This document shows, piece after piece, positions 30,282 through 39,649 of a stretch of 64,000 bases of DNA (position 1 is the first letter of the stretch; every line of letters begins with the position of its first letter). Source of the stretch: an uncultured delta proteobacterium (GTDB taxonomy: Bacteria > Desulfobacterota > RBG-13-43-22). The stretch lies in the NCBI GenBank assembly GCA_963743305.1, contig CAVUPH010000027.1, positions 16,772-80,771 of the forward strand, in the 5' to 3' direction. The notes under the pieces were generated by a model, which saw only the letters and a program-made list of their open reading frames with translations, was not told the origin of the DNA and ran no database searches. The position numbers and the translations under genes were made by a program.

Positions 30282-31394
30282 TCAATCAAACATGATTTGC
30301 CATCGGCCGATGATCTTCCTGTTGACCATGGCCTCGGCGGCGACATTGATATCCTCCAGTTTAATTTTTTTGGTTGTTATTTGTTTGGTCTTCAATTCGC
30401 CTGTAACGGCCAGAGCTGCCAACTTGGGAAGGTCCACCGGGGGGTTGATTTCTCCGTACAAGGTACCGATAATTTTTTTCGCCTGTAACGGCATGAGCAT
30501 TAAGTCCAGGTTGGTGGTTTTCCCGGCCGGGGTGATCCCGGGGACAATGACACTGCCTCCCTGGCGGATGGACCACCAGCATTGAATGATCGCCCCGGGG
30601 TCGCCGATGGCCTCCGCGCAATATTCCACTCCCAGCCCATCGGTCAGTTCCTTTATTTTTTCCACAGGATCCACTTTCGAGGAATCGATAAAATGAGTGG
30701 CCCCGAATTCCATGGCCATCGCTTTTTTACTTTCCTCCAGATCGACGGCGATGATTGGATAAGCCTTTCGCTGGGCGGCGCCCAAAATCGTATACAAGCC
30801 CACGGCGCCCATCCCGTAGACGGCAAAACTGGTGCCGATGCCGGCGTTAGCGACATTCTGGGCCGTTCCAACTCCCGTAGGGACACAGCACCCCAGGTAA
30901 CAGGCCTCTTCCAGGGAAAGGGCATCCGGGATCTTGTGAACGCCGGCCTCCGGCACCACCTGATGGGTGGCAAACCCGCCGACAAAAAAAGCTGTTCCCA
31001 CTTCGTTGTTCTGTTTATCCTTTAATCGTTTGGTGTCATCCAATAGGTTTCCGCCCAGGAAAGGGCCAAAGTTTCCCTCGCAGATATTCCCCTGTCCCTT
31101 CAGGCATTGAAAGCAATGCCCACAGGGAATCATCCAGGAACAGGCTACCCGATCTCCTGGTTTCAATTGGGTTACACCGGGACCGACTTTTTCGACCACA
31201 CTGGCCGCTTCGTGGCCCAACACAATGGGAAGGGGCACAGGGATTTCCCCCAGTTGGACATGCAAATCGGAGTGGCAAAATCCGGTGGCCACATTCCGGA
31301 TCAAAACCTCTCCCGCCTTGGGGTCCGCCAATTCCAGTTCCTCGATTGACCAAGGTACGTTAAATTCTCTTAACACCGCTGCTTTAATCTTCAT
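30282..31394 (-). CDS. Zn-dependent alcohol dehydrogenase (MDR)
   Basis: CHSD, GHE, CGHCFQC...C and GMGAVG. Confidence 0.92.
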   Translation of the reverse strand: MKIKAAVLREFNVPWSIEELELADPKAGEVLIRNVATGFCHSDLHVQLGEIPVPLPIVLGHEAASVVEKVGPGVTQLKPGDRVACSWMIPCGHCFQCLKGQGNICEGNFGPFLGGNLLDDTKRLKDKQNNEVGTAFFVGGFATHQVVPEAGVHKIPDALSLEEACYLGCCVPTGVGTAQNVANAGIGTSFAVYGMGAVGLYTILGAAQRKAYPIIAVDLEESKKAMAMEFGATHFIDSSKVDPVEKIKELTDGLGVEYCAEAIGDPGAIIQCWWSIRQGGSVIVPGITPAGKTTNLDLMLMPLQAKKIIGTLYGEINPPVDLPKLAALAVTGELKTKQITTKKIKLEDINVAAEAMVNRKIIGRWQIMFD

Positions 31395-31496
31395 AACGTT
31401 CCTCCATCCAGGGTTGTAACGGTTTGCTGATCCCCAAACGCAAGACCCCAGCTCGACCTAAACATCACCTCCTTTCAAGAAGAAGAGTAGAAGAGA

Positions 31497-31736
31497 TTAC
31501 CCCCCGTACATCGCTTGGAAAACCTGAACCAACGACCCGTCTGTCAACTTCGCTTCCTTCGGTAAAAAGCGACCCTCCATCACTACCGTTCCACCCTGAG
31601 AAGAGGAGATTCCCAGTTGGGCCAACAAATCACTGACATTGGCCCCATCGGGGATCTCCACTTCAAGGCCCTGCTGGGCGTGGTCGGCGACAGGCCCTAT
31701 TTCTACTGTTCCATAGGTCTTTACCGTGACTTTCAT
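31497..31736 (-). CDS. MoaD/ThiS-family sulfur carrier
   Basis: 79-aa ubiquitin-like protein ending in GG, next to AOR. Confidence 0.85.
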   Translation of the reverse strand: MKVTVKTYGTVEIGPVADHAQQGLEVEIPDGANVSDLLAQLGISSSQGGTVVMEGRFLPKEAKLTDGSLVQVFQAMYGG

Positions 31737-31748
31737 CGAAACGGCTTT

Positions 31749-33467
31749 TTAGAAATTAAAGGTGCTGTCCATCTCCTCGTCGCTGATCACGACCACGGTG
31801 TTGTGCGGCGGCAAGGGTTCTTTGTAGAAGAATTCAGGGAGTCGATCATCTTTGTTTGTAAAACCGGCCTTTTGATTGAATTCCCGTTCGGCCTGCAGTA
31901 CCCGGATCCCCAATTGGGGAATAGCCTCGGGGCCAAGCTGGGTCCCGAACTTGGCGTTCATGGCCTGAAGAAAGGCCAGACCGCCTTCCGGGGTGGTCAG
32001 GGCGAAACTAGCCAAAAGGCAAAGTCCGGTACAATCCACGGCGGCCATGGCTATTTGGGTGTTCCGGGAGGCCTCCACCTGGCCTTCGGCCTTCAACGGA
32101 TCGAGCTTTCCGGCCATGTATTCCCCGATTACGTTTCCAGCGGTATGATCCGCGCCCATGGGGGAAGTGGCATAGGAAACGGCGTTCCCCTGCATCGCCC
32201 TGGGGTCATAGGCGGCGATACTCTGACCCTTAACTACCGGGACCCGGCTGTGGTTGAAATGCTGCCCGATAGCCGCGGGACCATTTCCCAAAAGCTGGCC
32301 CATTTTCGTTCCTTGGGCCACTTCCTCGACCCATTGGATCGCCGCGGGACCATCGCCAAATTTTTTATATCCGGCATCCATGGCCACCGCCAGGGCCACC
32401 CCGGTGCTCATGGTGTCCAGGCCAATATCATCACAGAGGAAATCCAAACGGGCGATGGTGTCTAAATCGTCGATGCCGGTCATTCCGCCCATGGACCAGA
32501 TAGTCTCATATTCCAGGGAAGAGGTCAGATACTTCTCCTCTTTGTCGTTATAGACGTTGGAGCAATGAACGATACATTGGCTACAGCCCATATGGCTGGG
32601 GTTTCCCCGCCGTTCATTGATCAGTTGAGTCATGGCCTCACCACTAATCTTCTCCCAGCCCTCCATAACACCTTTGGTGGCGTTATAACTGGGAAAGGCC
32701 CCCATGGAATTCACCGGAGCCACCAGCCCGGCGGTCCCCAGGTTCGGCAGAAGCTGGCCGCTGAAGGGATGTTCTTTTACGGCCTTGGCAAAGGCCTTGG
32801 CCGATTCCTTGAAGGTTTCCGGATCGGCGATAGCATCCGGGCTGCTGCCCCGTTGATCCACCACCAGGGCCTTCAAGCCTTTAGCCGCCATAACCGCCCC
32901 CAGACCGCCTCTGCCGGCGGCCCGGCAGGGTCGGCCGTCGATATCCGAGGCTTGAATGGAGGCCGCCTTTAGTCGCTGCTCTCCAGCCGGCCCGATGCAC
33001 ATAACCGAGGTCTTACCCCCATAGGTCTGCAATAACTTTTCCGTCAGGGCATAGGTCCGCATCCCCTTATATTCCTGGGCAGGCAGGAGGGCGGCCTCTC
33101 CTTTTTCATCGATCCTCAGGAGAAACAGTTCCCCTTCTGCGGCCTGACCCTCAACGATGATGGCCGTAATCCCCAAATGGCCCAAGGCGGCCGCGATGGT
33201 GCCTCCGGCATTGCTTTCTTTAATAGTGCCGGTTAACGGACTTTTGGCCCCCACCGAAATCCGGCTGGTATTGACCAGATTGGTTCCGCTTAAAAGCCCC
33301 GGGGCAAAAATGAGCTTGTTTTCGGGGCCTAAAGGGTCACAATGGGCCGGCACCTCGGCATTGATCAGGATAGAGGTCAGTCCCCGCCCCCCTAGGCCCA
33401 GATATTGTTGGGGCACATCTTCCACCCCAATGGTTTTGTTCGACATGTTCACTTTTATAAATTTCAT
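31749..33467 (-). CDS. aor: Tungsten-type aldehyde:ferredoxin oxidoreductase
   Basis: KSPLTGTIKESNAGG, GRGGLGAVM, CSQCIVHC, EYET, CDDIGLDTMS and DRLPEFF. Confidence 0.92.
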   Translation of the reverse strand: MKFIKVNMSNKTIGVEDVPQQYLGLGGRGLTSILINAEVPAHCDPLGPENKLIFAPGLLSGTNLVNTSRISVGAKSPLTGTIKESNAGGTIAAALGHLGITAIIVEGQAAEGELFLLRIDEKGEAALLPAQEYKGMRTYALTEKLLQTYGGKTSVMCIGPAGEQRLKAASIQASDIDGRPCRAAGRGGLGAVMAAKGLKALVVDQRGSSPDAIADPETFKESAKAFAKAVKEHPFSGQLLPNLGTAGLVAPVNSMGAFPSYNATKGVMEGWEKISGEAMTQLINERRGNPSHMGCSQCIVHCSNVYNDKEEKYLTSSLEYETIWSMGGMTGIDDLDTIARLDFLCDDIGLDTMSTGVALAVAMDAGYKKFGDGPAAIQWVEEVAQGTKMGQLLGNGPAAIGQHFNHSRVPVVKGQSIAAYDPRAMQGNAVSYATSPMGADHTAGNVIGEYMAGKLDPLKAEGQVEASRNTQIAMAAVDCTGLCLLASFALTTPEGGLAFLQAMNAKFGTQLGPEAIPQLGIRVLQAEREFNQKAGFTNKDDRLPEFFYKEPLPPHNTVVVISDEEMDSTFNF

Positions 33468-33572
33468 TTTTCACTCCTCGGTCCAGGTTAAGGTCTTAGT
33501 CTCACCCTAATTATCCCTCTTACGGCTTTGATTGGCAATCATAATCACCCTTGTCTTTAAAAACTTTGGTTG

Positions 33573-33897
33573 TTCGCCCTTTTGGGTGGGTGGCCACACT
33601 ATATAGTATAGTATCTCAGTCTGATATCGGGCCTTCGTGGCCGCCGGGTCTGGGCTAAAGGGTTTTCCAAAGCTAATCCGGACTTCGAATCCGGGCCTAA
33701 GTTACTAACTTTATTTAAAGCAGGCCCATAATCCGAGTCTTTTGATGCCTCCCAGGCCGGCCCTGCCTCCTGGAAGATTTTAGAACCAGGGGCCGGGTTA
33801 GAACCTAAAATGGCCCGCCTTGGCGGGCTGGAAAACCCTTTCGCCGAGACCCGGCGGCCATACCAGATCTGGGGGGGTACCCACCCAAAAGGGCGAA
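33573..33897. mobile_element. 325-bp MITE-like element, same 19-bp TIR family
   Basis: Perfect TIR TTCGCCCTTTTGGGTGGGT. Internal inverted repeat TGGCCGCCGGGTCT.GGC.AAAGGGTTTTCCA / TGGAAAACCCTTTCGCCGAGACCCGGCGGCCA. Confidence 0.78.
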
Positions 33898-33993
33898 GCG
33901 TCAAAACTTTAAAAAAGGGAGGAGCCCAATAAACCAGGCTCCTCCTTCCAAAGATCTGGCTGAACGGATAAACCCTGTCCAGCCAAAAGTTGG

Positions 33994-35136
33994 TTAGTCC
34001 CAAGCGCAGACCCAACGACCTTGGATCTGGCGTTTGACCATGGCATCGGCCACATCGTTAATCTGGTCCAGTTTAAATTTTTTGCTGATCAGTTTGTCGA
34101 GTTTCAGGTCCTCCTTCATGGCCATATTGATCAGCCGAGGGATATCCACGTGGGTGGAGATGCTCCCATACAGGTTCCCCAAAATCGATTTTTGATGCAA
34201 CGGCAGGAGCATGAGGGGCAGATTGGTCGGCTGATCGTGGGGGGTAATCCCGGGGATAACCACCTTGCCGCCGATCCCGGTGGACCAGTAGGCCTGAATA
34301 ATGGCCCCCGGGTCGCCGATGGCCTCGAAGGCCACGTCGACGCCGCCGCCCATCCACATGCCGCCTTCCACCTGCACCCCGCCGGTCATCGTTAAGATAA
34401 TAGGAACAGGATCTTCTTTGGAACTGTCGATAAAATGGGTGGCGCCGAACTCCAGGGCCAGGTCTTTCTTGCTGCCTTCCAGGTCTACGGCAAACACCGG
34501 ATTGGCATGCTGCATGACCGCCGCCCGCAGGCAGTTCAAACCGACACCTCCCAGCCCGTAAACGACCACCGAGTCACCGGGTTTGATCTGGGCGGTATTG
34601 AATACCGAACCCCAGCCCGTCGGCACGCAGCAGCCCATAAAGCAGGCCTGGTCCAGGGGGAACTCCTTGGGGACCGGGATGGTCCCGTCTTCAGGCATGA
34701 CCGTGTAATTGGAAAAGCCGGAAACGAAATTACCGTGTCGAACCATCTCCCCCTTTTTGTCAGTCAACCGGGAAGTGCCGTCCAGCAGCACTCCCCCCAG
34801 AAAGGCGCCAAAGTTGCCGCTGCAAATATTTCCCATGCCCCGAAGACACTGGGGACATTTCCCGCAGGGAATCATCCAGGTGCCGACCACATGGTCTCCC
34901 TTTTTGACCTTGGTCACCCCCGGTCCGACCTCTTCAACGACGCCGGCCATTTCATGGCCGATGGCTAGCGGAAGCGCAATGGGAATTTCCCCTAACATGA
35001 GATGGAGATCGGAGTGGCAGAATCCCGTAAAGGCGGATTTAACCAATACCTCCTTTTCTTTGGGAGGAGCGAGTTCCAGTTCTTCAATCGTCAAAGGCTT
35101 ATTGGGTTCTCTTAAGACCGCTGATTTAACTTTCAT
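33994..35136 (-). CDS. Zn-dependent alcohol dehydrogenase (MDR)
   Basis: CHSD, GHE, CGKCPQC...C and GLGGVG. AAGGAGG RBS. Confidence 0.92.
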   Translation of the reverse strand: MKVKSAVLREPNKPLTIEELELAPPKEKEVLVKSAFTGFCHSDLHLMLGEIPIALPLAIGHEMAGVVEEVGPGVTKVKKGDHVVGTWMIPCGKCPQCLRGMGNICSGNFGAFLGGVLLDGTSRLTDKKGEMVRHGNFVSGFSNYTVMPEDGTIPVPKEFPLDQACFMGCCVPTGWGSVFNTAQIKPGDSVVVYGLGGVGLNCLRAAVMQHANPVFAVDLEGSKKDLALEFGATHFIDSSKEDPVPIILTMTGGVQVEGGMWMGGGVDVAFEAIGDPGAIIQAYWSTGIGGKVVIPGITPHDQPTNLPLMLLPLHQKSILGNLYGSISTHVDIPRLINMAMKEDLKLDKLISKKFKLDQINDVADAMVKRQIQGRWVCAWD

Positions 35137-35430
35137 GAATAACCTCCTTTAGGAATGTTGGGTATGGTCAAACTCTTTTTAAGTTTCATGGATAGAATGT
35201 GGGCTATTTGGAAAAACGAATCATTAAGGGCCTGTTACTCCTTATTTGTTTTTCATGCCGATTATAAGGAAAACCCATTCCCTTAAGCACTCATCACCCC
35301 CTTCCTCCTCAGGGCCAATCCTCCAAAAAGAAAACAAGCGTACCCGCCGTTTTTTTGTCTTTATTTACGCCTTGGGCCTCTTGTCGGACTTATTTTATAA
35401 ACATTAGATCTTGCCTGTCCATCTTTTTTA

Positions 35431-35466
35431 AAGGGATGCTTAACGAGTTGCTAAGCATCCCCTTTT
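35431..35466. terminator. Stem-loop downstream of the second livK-like gene
   Basis: GGGATGCTTA / TAAGCATCCC stem flanked by A/T runs. Confidence 0.45.
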
Positions 35467-35559
35467 GATAGTGATCTCTTTACCCCCAATATCTTCGATT
35501 AAGCCGACCTCCTCATGGCCCTAACCAGTAATAACCAGAAAGGAATCATTCCCTTGGAA

Positions 35560-36783
35560 CTAGCGCTTATCCCAAGGTGGGGCCATTTTGATTTTATATT
35601 TCGTCCAATTAAAGGGATAGACGGTCATCTGCTTACCGTCCCACCATTGGTTCGCGGTACTGACAAAGGTCGCCACGCCGTTGGCGTCGTACTTCACCTT
35701 GCCCATCACGGTCTGAAATTCATTGTCCAAAACCGCCTGTCGAACCTTGGCCGAATCCAGGGTTCCGGCCTTCTCGATGGCCTGCCAGAGAATCTGGCAG
35801 AGGCCGTAGGTGGCCCCGACGCTGACCGAGTATTTCTTAAATTTTTCGTAATAGCGTTCCCCTAACTGGCGCGCGCCGGGAAAAGGAAAATCCATGGACC
35901 AAAAGCCGTCGGACAAAACATACTGGGCATCCTTTCCCAAGGCCCCCCAGAATTCTCCGGCCCAGGTCCCTTTCCAACCATGGAAATATTTGACGTTTAA
36001 TTTGTTCTCTTTCATTTGCCGAACAAATGTAATGCAATCGGTGTCGGCCCCGAAGATTAAAATAGCATCCACCCCCAGCGACTTGGCCTTGATTATCTGG
36101 GCCGAATAGTCTTTGGCCCCTACGGACCAGGGTTCATCCAGGACGAAACTATATCCGAATTTTTTGGCCTGATCGCGAAAGATACCGGCAAAGGCCCGTC
36201 CGTCAAAAGTATCTTCCATAATCAAGGCCGGTTTTTGCGGTCTTTGATCTTTAGGCAAGGTATTCCAAATTTCAAAAGGAACAGCGCAGGCCTGGACCAG
36301 ATCAAAGAAAAAGAGGGTTGACCACTTGAACTTGTGTTCCAACCAGGGGGGGATGAGACAAATGGTCGTGTGATAATATTTCTTATACTTCTCGGCGGTG
36401 ATACAGCCGGGTATTACCCCAAAAGGCGCCGCGAATCCCCCGAGCAGCAGGTCTACCTTGTCCAACTTAATCAATCGTTCCACCGCGGCCGCCGCCTTCC
36501 CGGGATCGCTCTCGTCATCGGCCACGATTAACCGTACCGGCAGCTTCTTTCCGTATTCTTTAACCAGAATTCCCCCCGTCTTGTTGACATCGTCGACCGC
36601 CGTCTGATAGGCCCACTTTTGTTCGGCGCCGGCCATAGCCAGAATCCCGGTTAAGGGCAGATTCGTTCCGATGAGGATTTCTTTCTTGGCCTCCTTCGCC
36701 CAAACGGCCGAAGGCCCAGCCAGCGACCCGAACACTAAAGCCACCACCCCTACGATAAGACCCCACTTGGCACTTCCTTTCAT
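35560..36783 (-). CDS. ABC transporter substrate-binding protein (LivK family)
   Basis: Signal peptide, IGTNLPLTG, DDESDP and KAGTLD. Paralog of 25796-27038. Confidence 0.9.
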   Translation of the reverse strand: MKGSAKWGLIVGVVALVFGSLAGPSAVWAKEAKKEILIGTNLPLTGILAMAGAEQKWAYQTAVDDVNKTGGILVKEYGKKLPVRLIVADDESDPGKAAAAVERLIKLDKVDLLLGGFAAPFGVIPGCITAEKYKKYYHTTICLIPPWLEHKFKWSTLFFFDLVQACAVPFEIWNTLPKDQRPQKPALIMEDTFDGRAFAGIFRDQAKKFGYSFVLDEPWSVGAKDYSAQIIKAKSLGVDAILIFGADTDCITFVRQMKENKLNVKYFHGWKGTWAGEFWGALGKDAQYVLSDGFWSMDFPFPGARQLGERYYEKFKKYSVSVGATYGLCQILWQAIEKAGTLDSAKVRQAVLDNEFQTVMGKVKYDANGVATFVSTANQWWDGKQMTVYPFNWTKYKIKMAPPWDKR

Positions 36784-36840
36784 TGTGATCCTCCTTTGGT
36801 TAAATAGACGAATTAAAAAGCTTGGGATAGCAAAAAAAAG

Positions 36841-37860
36841 TCACCTCCTTTCCTGACCTTTTCTAAAAGAAAACAACCGGGCGAGGGATAGTCCTCCGGG
36901 AAAACTCTGGGAAAAGGAGGACGGTTTTCCAATTTTGATCAACCCCTGGGGTAAAAACAGCATCACTAAAATAATAAATAACCCCGCTATAATCGGATGG
37001 ATTTCAGGCCACCAGATATTGGCCAGCTCGAAAAGGGCGGACAGGACAAAAGCACCCAATACCGGACCTACCAGGGTGCCGATACCACCCAGGATCGTCA
37101 TTAAAACCGGCAATAGGGCAAAGTTGAGGCTGAAAACTCCGGTGGGATGGACGTGAAAGAGATGGTAGGCATAGAGGCTCCCGCACAATCCGGCAAAAAA
37201 AGACCCCACAGAAAAGGCAACGATCTTGAAAAAAAGGACTGGAACCCCGTTGGCCGCCGCGGCCTGTTCGTCTTCCCGGATGGCCACCAGGGCCAGCCCG
37301 AACCGGGAGCGGACCAATAGCCCTATGGCAGCCAACGACAGCAGGGCGACGGAAAAGCCCAGATAATAATAAGGTCGCAGCGATTGATACATCGAGGAAG
37401 GGAGCATCAATCCCACCGGGCCTCCCGTTAAAGCCCCGCCCTGGGTGAAAATGGTCCGGAGAATTTCACCCAGTCCAAGGGTCCCCAGGGCAAAATAGTC
37501 TCCCCGCAATTTGGCCAATAAGGGAAACCCAACGAGAATGGCTAACAACGCGGCCCCCAGCCCGCTGATTCCCATGGCCGCCGGGTCCAAATACCCGGTC
37601 CAGCCGGCATTCCAAGTAATCGCCGTCAGATAAGCTCCCAGGCCGAAAAAGGCATGCTGTCCCAAGGAGGCCTGTCCGGTATATCCGGCCACTAAATTCC
37701 ACCCCTGGGCCAAGGCCACATAAAGAAAGGTTACGAAAAGAAAAGACATCAGATAAGATTCTTCCGAGTTAACCAGCAGAGGGAAGACCAGGAGAAAAAT
37801 CACCCCGGCGGAAATCCCCATCCCGGAAAAAGACCAGAGGTTTTTCTTGACGATTCCCAT
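36841..37860 (-). CDS. livM: ABC transporter permease LivM-like
   Basis: WNLVAGYTGQASLG, LRGDYFAL and IREDEQAA. Confidence 0.9.
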   Translation of the reverse strand: MGIVKKNLWSFSGMGISAGVIFLLVFPLLVNSEESYLMSFLFVTFLYVALAQGWNLVAGYTGQASLGQHAFFGLGAYLTAITWNAGWTGYLDPAAMGISGLGAALLAILVGFPLLAKLRGDYFALGTLGLGEILRTIFTQGGALTGGPVGLMLPSSMYQSLRPYYYLGFSVALLSLAAIGLLVRSRFGLALVAIREDEQAAAANGVPVLFFKIVAFSVGSFFAGLCGSLYAYHLFHVHPTGVFSLNFALLPVLMTILGGIGTLVGPVLGAFVLSALFELANIWWPEIHPIIAGLFIILVMLFLPQGLIKIGKPSSFSQSFPGGLSLARLFSFRKGQERR

Positions 37861-37870
37861 TGTCTCCCCA

Positions 37871-38761
37871 TCAAGCCGACCGATAGGCCCGTCCAAAAAG
37901 CCCTTCCGGTCGAAACATAATTACCAACAGAAAAACGGCATAGGATATCGCATCGGCCCAGCCCCCACCGATCGTGTAAGAGCCGATACTTTCAATGACC
38001 CCCAGGAGGATACCGCCCAGGAGGGCGCCGCCGACATTGCCAATTCCCCCTAAAGCCACGGCAATCAGGGCCTTCAGGCTAAAAATAAAGCCGAAATAGG
38101 GATCAAAGGGATACGTGGTTGCCGTGGCAACGCCGGCTATCCCCGCCAAGGCTATCCCGATGGCGAAGGTAATGCCGCTGACTCGACGAGGGCTGATTCC
38201 AACCAGCGTGGCGGCCTCCATATCTTCGGAAGCCCCTCGGACCGCTTTCCCCCAAAGGGTCTTTTTGGTAAATAGATAGACCAGGCCGGCGGCCGTCAGG
38301 CTGGTGAAGAAAACCAAAAACCGAGTAAAAGAAATTTGCAACGGACCCCAGGTGAGGCCCAAAGCCGTATAGCTAGTCCGAATGGCCCGGGGATTCGGGG
38401 TCCAGAGAACGGACATTAGATTTTCCAGGAGGATCATCAGGCCGAAGGCCAAAAGGAGAGAAGGGTTTTTCCCGGCCCGGGCCACATTGTGAAAAAGTCC
38501 AACATAAAGGAGCCAGCCGAATCCCAGGAAAAGGGGGATGAGGACAATGAGGCTGAGAAAAGGGTCCATCGAAACCAGAGTGAAGAGCCAGTAGCAGCAG
38601 TAGGCGGCCAGGATCATGACCGCGCCCTGGGCGATAAAAATGATTTGCATGGACCCGAAAATCAGGCTTAATCCAATGGCCGCGATACCATACATACTGC
38701 CAAACAAGATGCCATTGATTAAGATCTGCCAAAAGATTTGGTAAGTGAAGAATCCGCCCAT
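37871..38761 (-). CDS. livH: ABC transporter permease LivH-like
   Basis: GLSLIFG, GKAVRGASED, LGGIGN and RPEGLFG. Confidence 0.9.
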   Translation of the reverse strand: MGGFFTYQIFWQILINGILFGSMYGIAAIGLSLIFGSMQIIFIAQGAVMILAAYCCYWLFTLVSMDPFLSLIVLIPLFLGFGWLLYVGLFHNVARAGKNPSLLLAFGLMILLENLMSVLWTPNPRAIRTSYTALGLTWGPLQISFTRFLVFFTSLTAAGLVYLFTKKTLWGKAVRGASEDMEAATLVGISPRRVSGITFAIGIALAGIAGVATATTYPFDPYFGFIFSLKALIAVALGGIGNVGGALLGGILLGVIESIGSYTIGGGWADAISYAVFLLVIMFRPEGLFGRAYRSA

Positions 38762-38770
38762 ATTCTAAAA

Positions 38771-38931
38771 TTTGATAACCTCGCAAAAAGTCAAAGGACG
38801 ACTTTCTGCTCGGCGGGGAAGGGTTCCCCCTCCCCCGCCATTGGAAGTGAATTCCAATGGTGCCACCCTCACCTCAGCCCGGCGCTTAACCGCGCTCGGG
38901 CTGTTGATGGACTTTTTGAGAGTCCATCAAA
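38771..38931. mobile_element. ~160-bp miniature inverted-repeat element between livF and livH
   Basis: Imperfect 22-bp TIR TTTGATAACCTCGCAAAAAGTC ... GACTTTTTGAGAGTCCATCAAA. The right end overlaps the livF stop codon. Confidence 0.7.
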
Positions 38932-39649
38932 GGTTCATCCCCAAGTAAGCCCTCTGAAATTCCGGATTGGACAACAATTCAGCCCCCAGGCCCTCTAAGA
39001 CCAGCCTCCCCGTCTGTAAAACATACACATAATCAGCCAACTGCAAGGTTTGGTAAACATTCTGTTCAACCAGGATAATGGTCATCCCCTTTTGATTGAG
39101 GGTTTGAATCGTTTCAAACATCAGGTTCACCACCAAAGGGGCGAGACCTAAGGAAGGTTCATCCAATAAAAGCAAAGTGGGGCGGGCCATGATGGCCCGA
39201 CCAATGGCCAACATCTGTTGTTCCCCGCCGCTTAAGGAGCCTGCCGGCTGACGGGTCCGATCTTTTAGAATGGGGAAGAGGGAAAAGACTTGTTCCAGGG
39301 ATTCTTCCGCTTGCGATTGATTTTTTTTGAGGAAGGCCCCCAACTCCAAATTTTCGAGCACCGTCAATTGGGCAAAAAGCCTTCTCCCTTCCGGTACATG
39401 GGAAATTCCCAGCGAAACCACTTCTTCCGGTTTGCAGTGGAGTAAGGAACGGCCTAGAAAGTCGATCTTCCCTTGATGAGGATGGATCAGGCCGGAAATA
39501 GTCCTTAAAATAGTCGTCTTCCCGGCTCCATTCGACCCCACTAAGGCTACGATCCCGCCTTTTTCCACTCGGAATCCAAAATCCCAAATGGCCTGCGCGT
39601 CCCCATAAAAGACATCCAGACCGATAATCTCAAGCAAGGGGTCTGCCAA
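38927..39649 (-). CDS. livF: ABC transporter ATPase LivF-like
   Basis: GSNGAGKT, LSGGEQQM and DEPSLGLAP. Confidence 0.9.
   Translation of the reverse strand: MADPLLEIIGLDVFYGDAQAIWDFGFRVEKGGIVALVGSNGAGKTTILRTISGLIHPHQGKIDFLGRSLLHCKPEEVVSLGISHVPEGRRLFAQLTVLENLELGAFLKKNQSQAEESLEQVFSLFPILKDRTRQPAGSLSGGEQQMLAIGRAIMARPTLLLLDEPSLGLAPLVVNLMFETIQTLNQKGMTIILVEQNVYQTLQLADYVYVLQTGRLVLEGLGAELLSNPEFQRAYLGMNL

Noticed and set aside
31391-31475. Perfect SD (AAAGGAGGTGAT) and 24-aa ORF MFRSSWGLAFGDQQTVTTLDGGTL upstream of an ADH
   Set aside because: The ATG overlaps the SD with no spacer and the peptide has no MftA-like terminus, so there is not enough support.
27220-33897. CRISPR array or autonomous IS
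   Set aside because: The repeats are inverted and dispersed, not regularly spaced direct repeats, and no cas or transposase gene is in the window.
33599-34015. 138-aa ORF between aor and adh
   Set aside because: It lies almost wholly in the non-coding inverted-repeat element and has no protein-like features or transposase motif.
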